From contig JANMLN010000017.1 in NCBI GenBank assembly GCA_031372565.1, positions 1 through 37,140 on the forward strand: a DNA stretch of 37,140 nt, written 5' to 3'. Below are positions 7,377-16,763 of the stretch, piece by piece. Made by a program: the position numbers and the translations under genes. Below the pieces are notes generated by a model, which saw only the letters and a program-made list of their open reading frames with translations, was not told where the DNA came from and made no database searches. Every line of letters begins with the position of its first letter. Position 1 is the first letter of the stretch. The stretch is from Gemmatimonadota bacterium. GTDB lineage: Bacteria; Gemmatimonadota; Gemmatimonadetes; Gemmatimonadales; Gemmatimonadaceae.

Positions 7377-10300
7377 TCAGGGATTGACCGTGACCACCAC
7401 GGTTCCGGCTGTCGATGTCGTGGCGCCGGGCGCCGATCCCGTGACCGTCGCCGAACCGGTGCCACCGGCGAACCGGAACGAGAGCCCGCCCGTCGGCACC
7501 GTACTCGGGGAGATGCTCTGGCCGGGCGCGAAGATCAGCGCCTGACTCGCGACAGGCCCCGTCGTGCCCAGCAGCAACCGGGCCGGAGTCGACGGCGTGG
7601 CTGCCACCGTGACCGTCAGCGGGGACGCGCCCGCACGGATGGCCTGCTGCGCCTGGAAACCGCCGGTGCTCGACAGTGTGCCAACACGGACCTGGAACAG
7701 CCTGTCAGCAGTCGTCGCTGTGCTCCCGCTCGTCAGGAGCCCCGTCAGGCCGACGGCCATCGGCGCGATGCTGTCGCTCTGCACCAGCGAGTTGAAGCTG
7801 GGGGCCGAGACCGTCACGTTCACGCGACCCGACTGCCCCTCGACGCCGTGCATCACGACCGGCACCGACGTGGCCCGGTTTGCAACCGTGATGGTGATGC
7901 TGGCCGTCCCGGCGGTGAGCGTATCCCGCGAGACGAGCAGCTTCGCCGGATCGCTGCTCGTGATCGTCACGGTGCGCCCGCCGTGCAGCGACGCGCCGAG
8001 GGTGAAGGTGCGCGTCGTCATGAGTCCGGCGCCGACCGTGGTGGTACCACCAAAGATGGTGCCGGGCACCACCGTGACGGTCGCACCCAGCGTGCCGGTG
8101 GTGCGTGCGAAACCCGCAATGTCAGCGGCGACGACGCTCGTGCCGATGCCCGTGCCTTGCGCCGCGAGTGAATTCGCCGAGGTGAGCGTCGTCGTCGTGG
8201 ACGCTGAACCGAGCGGGATTTGCAAGGTGAGCGCCCCGGCGGTTGCCGTCGTGTCGGTGTTGGTCAGCAGTGCCACGACCCCAGGATTCGAGCTGGTCAC
8301 GACCACGGACAGCGGGCCAGGCGCGCCCGCCGAGACCGGCTGTGTTTGCAACAAGCCGGTCGGGGGCAGGAAGGTGTTCGGAATACCGACGGTCGCGACC
8401 AGCGTGCTCCGCGAGAAGACGGAGTAGCTGGTCGAGAGGCTCGTGAAGTCGACCGCCGGCTGCACCACGTTCACGCTGAGCGATCCGCTGACGTAGCCGG
8501 GCGCGGACGACGTCAGCAGCGCGGTGCCGGTTTGCCCGCGCACCCCCTGCACGGTATACGTGAAGCTCGTCGCGCCGGTCGGGAGCGAGACATCAACGAA
8601 CGCAGCACCTGCGGTGATGGAATTCCGGGCCACCTGAAGGACGGCCGGATTCGATGAGCTGACGCGGACCACGGTGCCCGCCGGTGCGGGCGCGCTCAGG
8701 AAACCGGTCGTCGAACTGATCTGCAGTCCACCACCCACGGCCGACAGCGCAGCAAAGCTGAGCACAGGCGCGGTGATCGTCGTCGAGTCCGAGGACGTGG
8801 GAATGATCGCCAGGCTGTCGATGCGGACGCGGACGCGCCACGTGCCCGACACCAGCGGCCTGAGTGCGGTGGCGCCCGCTGCAAGAATCGAGGATGACGT
8901 ACTCACGCCCGACCGGATGGGCACATCGACGGAATCGGTACCCGTCAGCGAGTCACTCGCCGACAGCAGCGTGCCCAGCGTCGGCGTCGTGGTCACGAAG
9001 CGCGCGACCAGCGGTGGTCGGCCGGCACGCACGGCCTGTAGCGACTGGATGATGGTGCTCGTCGGCGTAGACACATACCCCACCTGCACGCGCAGGATAC
9101 TCCGCGGGCTCAACGTCGAGGTCGTCGTGGGCACGGCGGTCAACTCGTAGGTCGTCGTGCGCAGGAACACGAGCAGCGTGTCTGGCTGGAAGCCGGGGAC
9201 GCTGTACTCGACCAGGCCCGTGTCGTTCGGCGCACCCACTGCCCCTTCGAGGGCATGCACGAAGGTTGTCGGCAGCGTCGTCGACGTGCTTAGCGTGAAC
9301 GTCGCCGAGTCCGCGAGCGTCGTGGCGCTGTTGCTGACCTTCACCTTGCTTGGGGTGAGCGAGCGCACCGTGAGCACGCTGCCCGGCGCCGAGGTTGAGA
9401 GTGACCCCGGCGTGAGAGAAGCCTGCAACCCTCGGCCGACGGTGAAGGTGCCGACAAAGACCGCAGGCGCCGTCACCGTCACGACCGCGGTCGAGGCGGA
9501 GACCGTGCCCGCGAAGCTCGACGCAAACGGCACGGCACGCACCGTGTCCGTCCCTGCGGCGACACCGCGATAGGCCGCGCCGCCCAACGACAGCGAGTTG
9601 ACGGAGGTCGACTGCCCGGGCGGAATGATCACCGCAATCGAGTCGGAACCCGCCGAGGTATCGGGCAGCGCCAAGAGCCGTCCTCGCGTGGTCCCGCCCG
9701 TCGGGCGCAGCAACGACACGCGCACGGTATCGCCGCCGGGTCGGACATTCTGCGAGGTCGCGATGAACCCTGCAATCGGCGAGCTCCGATAGCCCACGCG
9801 CACCTGGAAGATGTCGCGAGGCGTGGAGGTCGTGATCGACGTCACGAGTCCGCCGATGTCCACGGCGCGTGAGCGGAGATTCACGGCCACGTTCGCCGTC
9901 GTGAATCCGGGAGCTGAGAGCGTCAGGTTGATGGTCGTGTCCGGACTCTGGCCCTCGATGGCATTCACGTAGAAGAACACCGTCCGGCTACCGGCCGGTA
10001 CCGCGATCTGCAAGGAGTCGAAGCCCGGCGCCGTGTCGGTCGCGGAGAGCCGCACGAGCCCCGGCACGGGGTTGCGCACCGTGACCGCGAGGCCGCCCGT
10101 GGGTGCGGGCGAGTTGAGTGCAGCACTGCCGCCTGCCGTTGACTGCAACCCGCGGCCCACCGTGACCGCACCGATGCTGAAGGTGGCGGCCGTCACGATG
10201 ATCGAGTCACTCGCTCGGGCGAGCGCGACGAACGTCGGCTCGACGGAGCGAACATCGAGATACGAGGTGCCCTGACTGAGCGGCTGGAATGCCACGCCGG

Positions 10301-13300
10301 GAGTCGCGCCCGTCAGCACGCCGGAGGTGCCGGAGCCTCCCAATGGCACAAGAGCGAGGATCGTGTCTGCGAGCGTGATCGTGTCGCCCGACACGCCGCC
10401 ACGGAGCCGGCCCACTGCCGGCGTCGACGAACTGAACCGGAAGGTGCGCGAGGCCGTCGACGATCCGGCGCGAATCGCCTGTGTGAACGAGAAGCCGGTG
10501 GAGGTCGGCAAGGGAAGTGGCCCGAACTGCGCGAATACGATCGTGCGCGGATTCAGCGGCGTGGTGATGGTCGGCGAGTTTGGCAGTTGGAGCAAGTAGC
10601 CGGTCGTGCGCAGCTGCACGTAGTAGCTCTGCGTATTGAAACCGGGTGCAGCAGCGGTCACCAGCACCGAATCGTTGGGGCCGGATCCCTCCATCGCGTG
10701 CGAGACGAGCGTGATGCTGCGCGAACCGTTCGGCACGAACTGCGTCACGACGGCACCGCCGACCGCGGTGGACGAGTTCGAGAGCGACAGCTTCGTCGAA
10801 TCGGCGCTCGTGATCGTCACGGTCACGCCGCCGTGCGCGGCGGTCGGCAGCGCGGTCGAGCTCGAGCTGTTGACCTGCAAGCCGCGGCCCACCGGATTCG
10901 GCACGAAGAGTGACAGCGTTGCCTTCGGCTGGATCGTGATCGTCACCGAATCGGTCGTGACGCCCGCAAAGCTCGAGGCCACGATCAATGCGACGCACGG
11001 CAGCGCGGCCGAGCCCGCATACGTCGGCGCATAGGCGGCCGTCGTCGAGCCGGTCGTGACCGTGAGTGAACCCGACGCGACGCACGCCGGGTTGTTGGAC
11101 GTGAGCGTCACGTTCACCCCGGGCGCTGGTGCGGCAACCGGTGACCCACTGCTCTGCAGCCCGATGGTCGTCGTGCTTGGCGGCAACTGGTCAAACCAGC
11201 TGAGCGTGGTCACGGGGAAGCGCAGCGCGGCCGTCACGTTCACGGTCCCGGTAAACGGCGCGTAGTTCGCATTCGTGAAGGTGAAGCTCGTGGTGCCAAG
11301 CACATGGCCCGTGACCGAGGCGGACGCCGTCGTCGATCCGGCCGGCACCACCGCAGGCGTCACCACGCTCGCGACGGACGGAGTGGCCGAGACCACCGAA
11401 ACGGCGACGCCACCAGCTGGGGCGCTCGTCGAGAGGGAAATGGGGAGCGCTGCCGATTGGCCGAGCCCGACGTTGAACGGACTCGCCGCCGAGATCAGGT
11501 TGAGCGACACCGGCACGTTGAGCGTCCCGGACACGTACCCGGCCGCGCTCGCCGTCACGAGTGAGCTGCCCACCGACACGCCGGTCGCGCCCACCGTGGC
11601 GATGGAGTCGCCAGCGACGATCGTGACCGTGCTCGACGCGAGCGTCAACACCGAAGACGAAGCGCTCGACAGCGAGATCACGGCAGTGCTGCCAACCGGG
11701 ACCGGCGAGCTCGAGCGGATCTGGACGGAACCGGTGCGTCCGGACCCCACCACGTTCGATCCGATGACGCTGACCAGCAGCGTCGGCGTCACGGGCAGCG
11801 CGGTGGCCGTGAACGTGGCACCGAGCACCCCCGCGGGGCTGGTCACGTTTGCCGTGACCGTGTTGGTCCCGGGTCCGAGCCCCAACGTCCAGACCGTGCT
11901 CACCTGTCCAGACGCGGTGGATACCGCGCTGGTGGGTGCCACGGTGCCACTCGACGCCGCGAAATTGACCGTGACGCCGGCAATGCCGTTGCCCAGCGAA
12001 TCAACGACGAGACCGACGAGTGGTTGGGGGAGCGCGTTGCCCTCGATCGCGCTCTGTCCATCGCCGCTCACGACACCGACGACGCGCGCGGGTGCGACCG
12101 TGGCCGTCGCCACGAACCTGACCGATCCGGCGATCGAGGTGACCAACAGCGTGTCCACCCGCGGGACGCTCCCCATGCGCCACCCGCCGCTCGACGCGAC
12201 GCCGCTCACGTCCGTGAACGAAGAGTCGTTGGTGGGACGCCCGGTCCCCGGCGGCACATTGGCCCACTGCACCTGCACGCCAGGTACCGGGTTGCCCAGC
12301 GAGTCAACGACGCGCACCGACGGCGCAACGGTCAGCACCGCGCCGACCGAGCCGGACTGGTTGTTGCCCGCCTGCAGGGTGATCGCGCGTGGCACTCCGG
12401 CGAGCCCGGTGGCCGTGAACACCGCGGGCGGCAGTGTGCCCACGCGCGCATCGAACTGCTGCGGACCGGCGAGCGGTCCGAGTCGCACGGTCGTGCTCGC
12501 GAGACCCAGCGAGTCGGAGAGCACGATCGCGGTGGTCACCTGGCCGCCGCTCAACGAACGGAACTGTACGGGCACTCCCGCCACGCCGATCGAGTCGAAC
12601 GATTGGACCCGCACCTGCACGGCCTGACCCAGCGCCGTGCCGACCGTGGCCGCCTGCGAGTCGCCGAGCACGCGCTGGACCACCACGGGAGGCGGCACGA
12701 AAAAGAGGCGCGTCGAGTCGGTGATGCCGGTGGCCATCGTCCCCCGGATCCACGCGAACGCGCGCCGCTGCGGGGCGCGCACCAGGTTCGGTTGGATCGT
12801 GACGCGCACGCGCACCGAGGTGTCGGAGGCGCTCATCACGAGCGGGATGTTCGCGAGCGGGGCGCCGGCGCTGTCGAGGCCGATGACGCGATAGGTCAGG
12901 CTGTCGCCGAAGAAGACCGTGGTGTCGCGCGGGGCCAGCCGGAGCGACGCCGCGCGCGCGCCCGTGCCCACATACACGATGGGAATCTGCGCCGACTGTG
13001 GCGGTGCCGTCGAGCCTGCCTCGCGTGCCGTCACGGTGGCCGTTCCGGCAAAGAGCACGGTCGATCCCGATCGTCCCTCGATCGTCGCGGGGACCGTCTC
13101 ACCGCCCTGCAGATTGGGCACTGCCAGGTTCACGATGATCGAGTCGGTCGTCGGCCCGAACGAATACACCGTGTCCTTCATGATGTTCGCCGGCGTGCCG
13201 ATGATCACCCGGAAGTTGTTGATCCCCAGCGCCGCCGAGATGTTCGGCACGCGCGCCGGGAAGACCGGCGCCAGCAGCACCCGCACGGGTAGCTGCGGCC

Positions 13301-13385
13301 CAGCCGCGCGGTCGCTGCAGGAGAGTCCGGCCCCAGCGGCGAGCAGGCCGAGGAACGCGCGGAGGATGCGAGGTGTCGGGGGCAC
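7377..13385 (-). CDS. Large surface lipoprotein with many Ig-like (Big_1/invasin-like) beta-sandwich repeats
   Basis: 2002 aa with lipobox GLSC and a T/S/V/G/A-rich composition. Three G(D/N)xQ...VxGVxVx(F/W) Big_1-like units are followed by five long tandem modules. Confidence 0.85.
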   Translation of the reverse strand: MPPTPRILRAFLGLLAAGAGLSCSDRAAGPQLPVRVLLAPVFPARVPNISAALGINNFRVIIGTPANIMKDTVYSFGPTTDSIIVNLAVPNLQGGETVPATIEGRSGSTVLFAGTATVTAREAGSTAPPQSAQIPIVYVGTGARAASLRLAPRDTTVFFGDSLTYRVIGLDSAGAPLANIPLVMSASDTSVRVRVTIQPNLVRAPQRRAFAWIRGTMATGITDSTRLFFVPPPVVVQRVLGDSQAATVGTALGQAVQVRVQSFDSIGVAGVPVQFRSLSGGQVTTAIVLSDSLGLASTTVRLGPLAGPQQFDARVGTLPPAVFTATGLAGVPRAITLQAGNNQSGSVGAVLTVAPSVRVVDSLGNPVPGVQVQWANVPPGTGRPTNDSSFTDVSGVASSGGWRMGSVPRVDTLLVTSIAGSVRFVATATVAPARVVGVVSGDGQSAIEGNALPQPLVGLVVDSLGNGIAGVTVNFAASSGTVAPTSAVSTASGQVSTVWTLGLGPGTNTVTANVTSPAGVLGATFTATALPVTPTLLVSVIGSNVVGSGRTGSVQIRSSSPVPVGSTAVISLSSASSSVLTLASSTVTIVAGDSIATVGATGVSVGSSLVTASAAGYVSGTLNVPVSLNLISAASPFNVGLGQSAALPISLSTSAPAGGVAVSVVSATPSVASVVTPAVVPAGSTTASASVTGHVLGTTSFTFTNANYAPFTGTVNVTAALRFPVTTLSWFDQLPPSTTTIGLQSSGSPVAAPAPGVNVTLTSNNPACVASGSLTVTTGSTTAAYAPTYAGSAALPCVALIVASSFAGVTTDSVTITIQPKATLSLFVPNPVGRGLQVNSSSSTALPTAAHGGVTVTITSADSTKLSLSNSSTAVGGAVVTQFVPNGSRSITLVSHAMEGSGPNDSVLVTAAAPGFNTQSYYVQLRTTGYLLQLPNSPTITTPLNPRTIVFAQFGPLPLPTSTGFSFTQAIRAGSSTASRTFRFSSSTPAVGRLRGGVSGDTITLADTILALVPLGGSGTSGVLTGATPGVAFQPLSQGTSYLDVRSVEPTFVALARASDSIIVTAATFSIGAVTVGRGLQSTAGGSAALNSPAPTGGLAVTVRNPVPGLVRLSATDTAPGFDSLQIAVPAGSRTVFFYVNAIEGQSPDTTINLTLSAPGFTTANVAVNLRSRAVDIGGLVTSITTSTPRDIFQVRVGYRSSPIAGFIATSQNVRPGGDTVRVSLLRPTGGTTRGRLLALPDTSAGSDSIAVIIPPGQSTSVNSLSLGGAAYRGVAAGTDTVRAVPFASSFAGTVSASTAVVTVTAPAVFVGTFTVGRGLQASLTPGSLSTSAPGSVLTVRSLTPSKVKVSNSATTLADSATFTLSTSTTLPTTFVHALEGAVGAPNDTGLVEYSVPGFQPDTLLVFLRTTTYELTAVPTTTSTLSPRSILRVQVGYVSTPTSTIIQSLQAVRAGRPPLVARFVTTTPTLGTLLSASDSLTGTDSVDVPIRSGVSTSSSILAAGATALRPLVSGTWRVRVRIDSLAIIPTSSDSTTITAPVLSFAALSAVGGGLQISSTTGFLSAPAPAGTVVRVSSSNPAVLQVARNSITAGAAFVDVSLPTGATSFTYTVQGVRGQTGTALLTSSAPGYVSGSLSVNVVQPAVDFTSLSTSYSVFSRSTLVATVGIPNTFLPPTGLLQTQPVSAGAPGPLSVVVTSSNPGVVALLTNTDTTATAGALTLQIPLGSASTTTTLTSANSLAAQGTGIGTSVVAADIAGFARTTGTLGATVTVVPGTIFGGTTTVGAGLMTTRTFTLGASLHGGRTVTITSSDPAKLLVSRDTLTAGTASITITVANRATSVPVVMHGVEGQSGRVNVTVSAPSFNSLVQSDSIAPMAVGLTGLLTSGSTATTADRLFQVRVGTLSSTGGFQAQQAIRAGASPLTVTVAATPSTPARLLLGTTGPVASQALIFAPGQSISPSTVPTGGLSFRFAGGTGSATVTGSAPGATTSTAGTVVVTVNP

Positions 13386-13505
13386 AGGACGGTAGAATGC
13401 GACGATGCCACGAACGGGGCAAGCGCCAATGTCGCACCGTGACCGTGACCCCGGTCACGGCACTTGCTGTTTGACTCTGGCCCTCCCCCCAGCGAAATTG
13501 TGAGG

Positions 13506-13727
13506 ATGGCCAAGGAAAGCGCGATCGAAATGGAAGGAACGGTGTCCGAAGTCCTCCCCAATGCCACCTTCCGGGTGACGATGGAGAATGGACACGATGT
13601 GCTCGCCACCATGGCGGGCAAGATGCGGCAGTTCCGCATTCGCGTCGCGCAAGGCGACCGCGTGACCATCGAAGTCTCCCCATATGACCTGACGCGCGGG
13701 CGCATCACCTTCCGCCACAAGAACTAG
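13506..13727 (+). CDS. infA: Translation initiation factor IF-1
   Basis: [24 protein letters not shown]...GKMR...[21 protein letters not shown] is the canonical IF-1 sequence. Confidence 0.97.
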   Translation: MAKESAIEMEGTVSEVLPNATFRVTMENGHDVLATMAGKMRQFRIRVAQGDRVTIEVSPYDLTRGRITFRHKN

Positions 13728-13749
13728 CGGGCCGCTGGCCCCGATGCGC

Positions 13750-13782
13750 AACGCCCCCGGTGTCATGGACACCGGGGGCGTT
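13750..13782. terminator. Hairpin, probable bidirectional terminator between infA and the convergent gene
   Basis: Perfect 15-bp stem AACGCCCCCGGTGTC / GACACCGGGGGCGTT with a 3-nt loop; the U-tract is weak. Confidence 0.7.
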
Positions 13783-13805
13783 CTCTCGTGGGGTACCGCG
13801 GCGAC

Positions 13806-14231
13806 CTACTTCGCCGCCTTCTTTGCGGCCGTCTTGGGATCGCCCGGGCGCGGCGCCTTGGTGATCGCGGCCTGCACGAGTCCGACCAAGTACGGATCGC
13901 GCAGGTCGATCGCACCCACCAGCTTCACCTTCCGCTTCTTGCCACCGTCGGTGAGCAGCTTCTTGTGCGGATCGGGCAGTGATGCGCCGATGGAGAAGCC
14001 GAGATCCACCTGCTCCGCCACGGCAGATACGTAGACGAACGCATCGCTCGTCTCCCCAGTGAAGGAGAACGTGACGGTCACCACGCCGCCGCCCGCGCCG
14101 ATGGTCTCGGCCGCATCGGGCGCCTCGCGAATCACGGCCGCGCGCGCAGCCAGCGCGAGGCGTTGAATCGTGGCGTCAAAGGCGCCAAGGGACTGGATGA
14201 GCAAATCTGGAGCAGGCCTGGTCGGCGGCAT
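13806..14231 (-). CDS. DUF1801 (YdhG-like) domain protein
   Basis: Pattern IREAAPDAAETI...VDLGFSIGASLPDPHKKLLTDGGKKRKVKL is typical of DUF1801 proteins. Confidence 0.7.
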   Translation of the reverse strand: MPPTRPAPDLLIQSLGAFDATIQRLALAARAAVIREAPDAAETIGAGGGVVTVTFSFTGETSDAFVYVSAVAEQVDLGFSIGASLPDPHKKLLTDGGKKRKVKLVGAIDLRDPYLVGLVQAAITKAPRPGDPKTAAKKAAK

Positions 14232-14305
14232 GAGGTGCTGGGCGGGGGGACGGACCGCGAACCCCTAAAAATACCATGACGCCCACTTTTTCGCTCGGGG
14301 GGGCC

Positions 14306-15538
14306 TCAGGTCGTGACGGACGCCTCGGCGCGACGGGTCACGCGCGTGATCAGCGCCATGCCCACCATGAGGACGGCCGCTGACAGGTAGAACGGGGCAC
14401 CCGCCGCCGCCGTGTCCATTCCCGGCCCGATCGCGAGGGCAAACGTGCCCGCGAAGAGCGTCGGTCCCACCATCCCTGCCAACCCCTGTACGCTCGCCAG
14501 CGCACCCTGAAGCTTCCCTTGCTCCTCGGGCGAGACCCGTCGCGTCATGAGCGTTTGCGCCGACGGACTGTACAGCCCCGCCAGCGAGCCGAAGGGAATG
14601 CCCAGGAGAAAGAGCGCACCGGTCGGCGCTGCGGCGTACAGCAGGCTCGAGAGTGCCCCGAAGCCGAGTCCGGCGAGGGCAGAGGCGCGTTCGCCAAGCC
14701 GCGCCACGATGGGGCGGATCATGCCGCCCTGCACGATGGAGGTGGAGATCCCGACGAGCGCCAACGTGTACGAGGTGCGCTCCGTGCTCCACCCGTAGCG
14801 GTGGCCGACGTACAGCACGTACACGCTCCCGAGCACCTGATGCGATAATTGGTAGCACAGCTGCACCGCAGCCAGTCCCCACAGTTCGGAATGCGACCGC
14901 AGCAGGACCAGCGCGCCAACGGGATTGGCGCGCCGCCACTCGAACCTCTCGCGGCGTTCGGGGGGCAGCGACTCCGGCAACACGAACGTGCCGTAGACGG
15001 CGTTGGCGACCGTGAGTCCGGCGGCGACCCAAAACGGGAGCCGCGGATCGTGCGCGCCGAGCAGTCCGCCCAGCGCTGGACCGAGCACAAAGCCGAGACC
15101 CCATGCCGCCCCGATGATGCCGAAGGCACCGGCGCGCTTCTCCGGGGGGGTGACGTCGGCGATGTAGGCGCCGGCCGTCGAGTAGGTGGCCCCGCAAATT
15201 CCCGACGTGATCCGACCAACCCAGAGCCACGTGAGGTTCGGACTCCACGCCATGATCAGGTAGTCCACCGCCAGCCCAAACAGCGCAATCAGGATGATGG
15301 GTCGGCGACCGAACCGGTCGGAGAGCGCGCCCAGCAGCGGAGCGCACAGGAAGGTGGCGAGCGCAAACGCGCTGCCGAAGAGCCCCCACAGGTTGGCGGC
15401 GCGCACGGTGTCGTTGTCGAGAAACGACGCCACGAGCTTCGGGAGGACCGGCACGACGATCCCGAACGCGAGAACGTCGAGGACGACCGTGAGGTAGATG
15501 AACGTGAGGGCGCGCGGACGCGCGGCAGAGTCAGCCAC
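14306..15538 (-). CDS. TCR/Tet (TetA-like, DHA1) MFS efflux transporter
   Basis: Motif A GALSDRFGRRPI, AYIADVTPPEKRA and GFVLGPALGG; about 12 hydrophobic segments. Confidence 0.92.
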   Translation of the reverse strand: MADSAARPRALTFIYLTVVLDVLAFGIVVPVLPKLVASFLDNDTVRAANLWGLFGSAFALATFLCAPLLGALSDRFGRRPIILIALFGLAVDYLIMAWSPNLTWLWVGRITSGICGATYSTAGAYIADVTPPEKRAGAFGIIGAAWGLGFVLGPALGGLLGAHDPRLPFWVAAGLTVANAVYGTFVLPESLPPERRERFEWRRANPVGALVLLRSHSELWGLAAVQLCYQLSHQVLGSVYVLYVGHRYGWSTERTSYTLALVGISTSIVQGGMIRPIVARLGERASALAGLGFGALSSLLYAAAPTGALFLLGIPFGSLAGLYSPSAQTLMTRRVSPEEQGKLQGALASVQGLAGMVGPTLFAGTFALAIGPGMDTAAAGAPFYLSAAVLMVGMALITRVTRRAEASVTT

Positions 15539-15561
15539 GCGGCGAATCTATCGAGTGCGCC

Positions 15562-16251
15562 TCAGGCGTCGAGTTCGGATCTCCAATCCACCGTGAAGGC
15601 CACGTCCCACGTATCGGCGCCGAGCGCGCGTCGCTCGGCCTCCCAGACCGTGGCCCCCCCGCCGCCGGCAAGTTCCACCACTTGCGAGGAGGCGCCGAGA
15701 CAGAACGGCGCCAGCCAGTCGACGAGGCAGCCGGGCACGGTGAAGCGCATGCGGGCCGAGTCGGTGGTGGTCTTCTCGAGGCGCACCGCGCCAATCGTGA
15801 ACAGTCCGCGCCAGAGCGCGGGCACCTTGCTGATGGCAAAGGCGGGTGTCGTCACCCGTGCGACGAGACGCTGCACGGTGCCGAGCTGCTCGGCAGTCAC
15901 GAACGCGTAGAACGGGGCGACGACTTCGTCCTCCGGTCGGCGTACGGCGTGGGCGACGGCCTGCATTGCCCGACGCAATGCGCCGAAACGGTAGACACCG
16001 ATCGGAACCGGCTCGCCCTCCCACTCGTGGCGATCCGACTGAGCGAGCATGCCGAGCGCACGTTGCCACGTCGGTTCCCCGTACGCCTCGACGGCCCAGC
16101 GCGCCGCGAGCTGAAAGTTCGCGCCACGGGCGATGCGATCCGCGGCGATCGCGAGTGAAGCGGTGGGAGTCGGTGCGGTACGCAACCGATCGCCCGCGCG
16201 GACGAGCGCGCGCAGGCCTTCAGGAGTCCGCGAATGAGGTCGGGGGGGCAT
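15562..16251 (-). CDS. Hypothetical protein, possibly DUF2378/V4R-like ligand-binding fold
   Basis: Fills the gap on the same strand as its neighbours. ARGANF...YGEPTWQRAL and the C-terminal FTVDW resemble myxobacterial DUF2378-type proteins (recognition by eye only). Confidence 0.5.
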   Translation of the reverse strand: MPPRPHSRTPEGLRALVRAGDRLRTAPTPTASLAIAADRIARGANFQLAARWAVEAYGEPTWQRALGMLAQSDRHEWEGEPVPIGVYRFGALRRAMQAVAHAVRRPEDEVVAPFYAFVTAEQLGTVQRLVARVTTPAFAISKVPALWRGLFTIGAVRLEKTTTDSARMRFTVPGCLVDWLAPFCLGASSQVVELAGGGGATVWEAERRALGADTWDVAFTVDWRSELDA

Positions 16252-16283
16252 GATGCCGAGAGTATCGGCTCGGCCCCACGCGA

Positions 16284-16763
16284 CTACACGATGAGACGCG
16301 TTCGACTGACGAGCACCGCGTCCTCGTCGGCGTAGATCCAGTCACGCGGCTGCACGATGGCGCCCGCCACCGTCAGCGTGACCTGCCGTTCCCCGGCAGC
16401 GGGGGCACTGGCGCGTCGCGCCGTGACGCCGAGCGCCTTCACGCCGAACGACAGCGCATTGATGCCCGCGGAATCGCGGATCGCCCCGACGATCACCACG
16501 CCGGCCCAGCCATTGCGCATCGCGATCGCGGCGAGATTGTCGCCCATCAGGCCGCAGCGCAGCGATCCCTCGCCGTCGACAACCAGGACGCGCCCCTCGC
16601 CCGGCTCCTCCACGAAGGCCTTCACGGGGTGATGATTCTCGACGGTGTGTATCGTGGCCACGGGGCCCGCAAACGCGCGCACCTTGCCGAAGGAGCGGAA
16701 CTGGGCCTCCAGCACCTGCACGGCGTCACCGTGGGCGTCGAACAGGTCGGCGGTCACGATCAT
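16284..16763 (-). CDS. rraA: RraA-like protein (RNase E regulator / HMG aldolase-oxaloacetate decarboxylase family)
   Basis: TADLFDAH, FAGPVATI, VLVVDGEGS, GAIRDS and IYADEDAV motifs. The ATG overlaps the upstream stop codon (ATGA). Confidence 0.88.
   Translation of the reverse strand: MIVTADLFDAHGDAVQVLEAQFRSFGKVRAFAGPVATIHTVENHHPVKAFVEEPGEGRVLVVDGEGSLRCGLMGDNLAAIAMRNGWAGVVIVGAIRDSAGINALSFGVKALGVTARRASAPAAGERQVTLTVAGAIVQPRDWIYADEDAVLVSRTRLIV

Noticed and set aside
7377..13385. Giant Ig-repeat protein as cargo of the type I secretion operon
   Set aside because: It has an N-terminal lipoprotein signal and no RTX/GGxGxD repeats, and it lies ~19 kb from the exporter.
14306..15538. Acquired tetracycline resistance gene
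   Set aside because: TetA-like DHA1 transporters are common chromosomal genes. There is no tetR and no mobile context, and codon usage matches the neighbours, so the substrate cannot be assigned.
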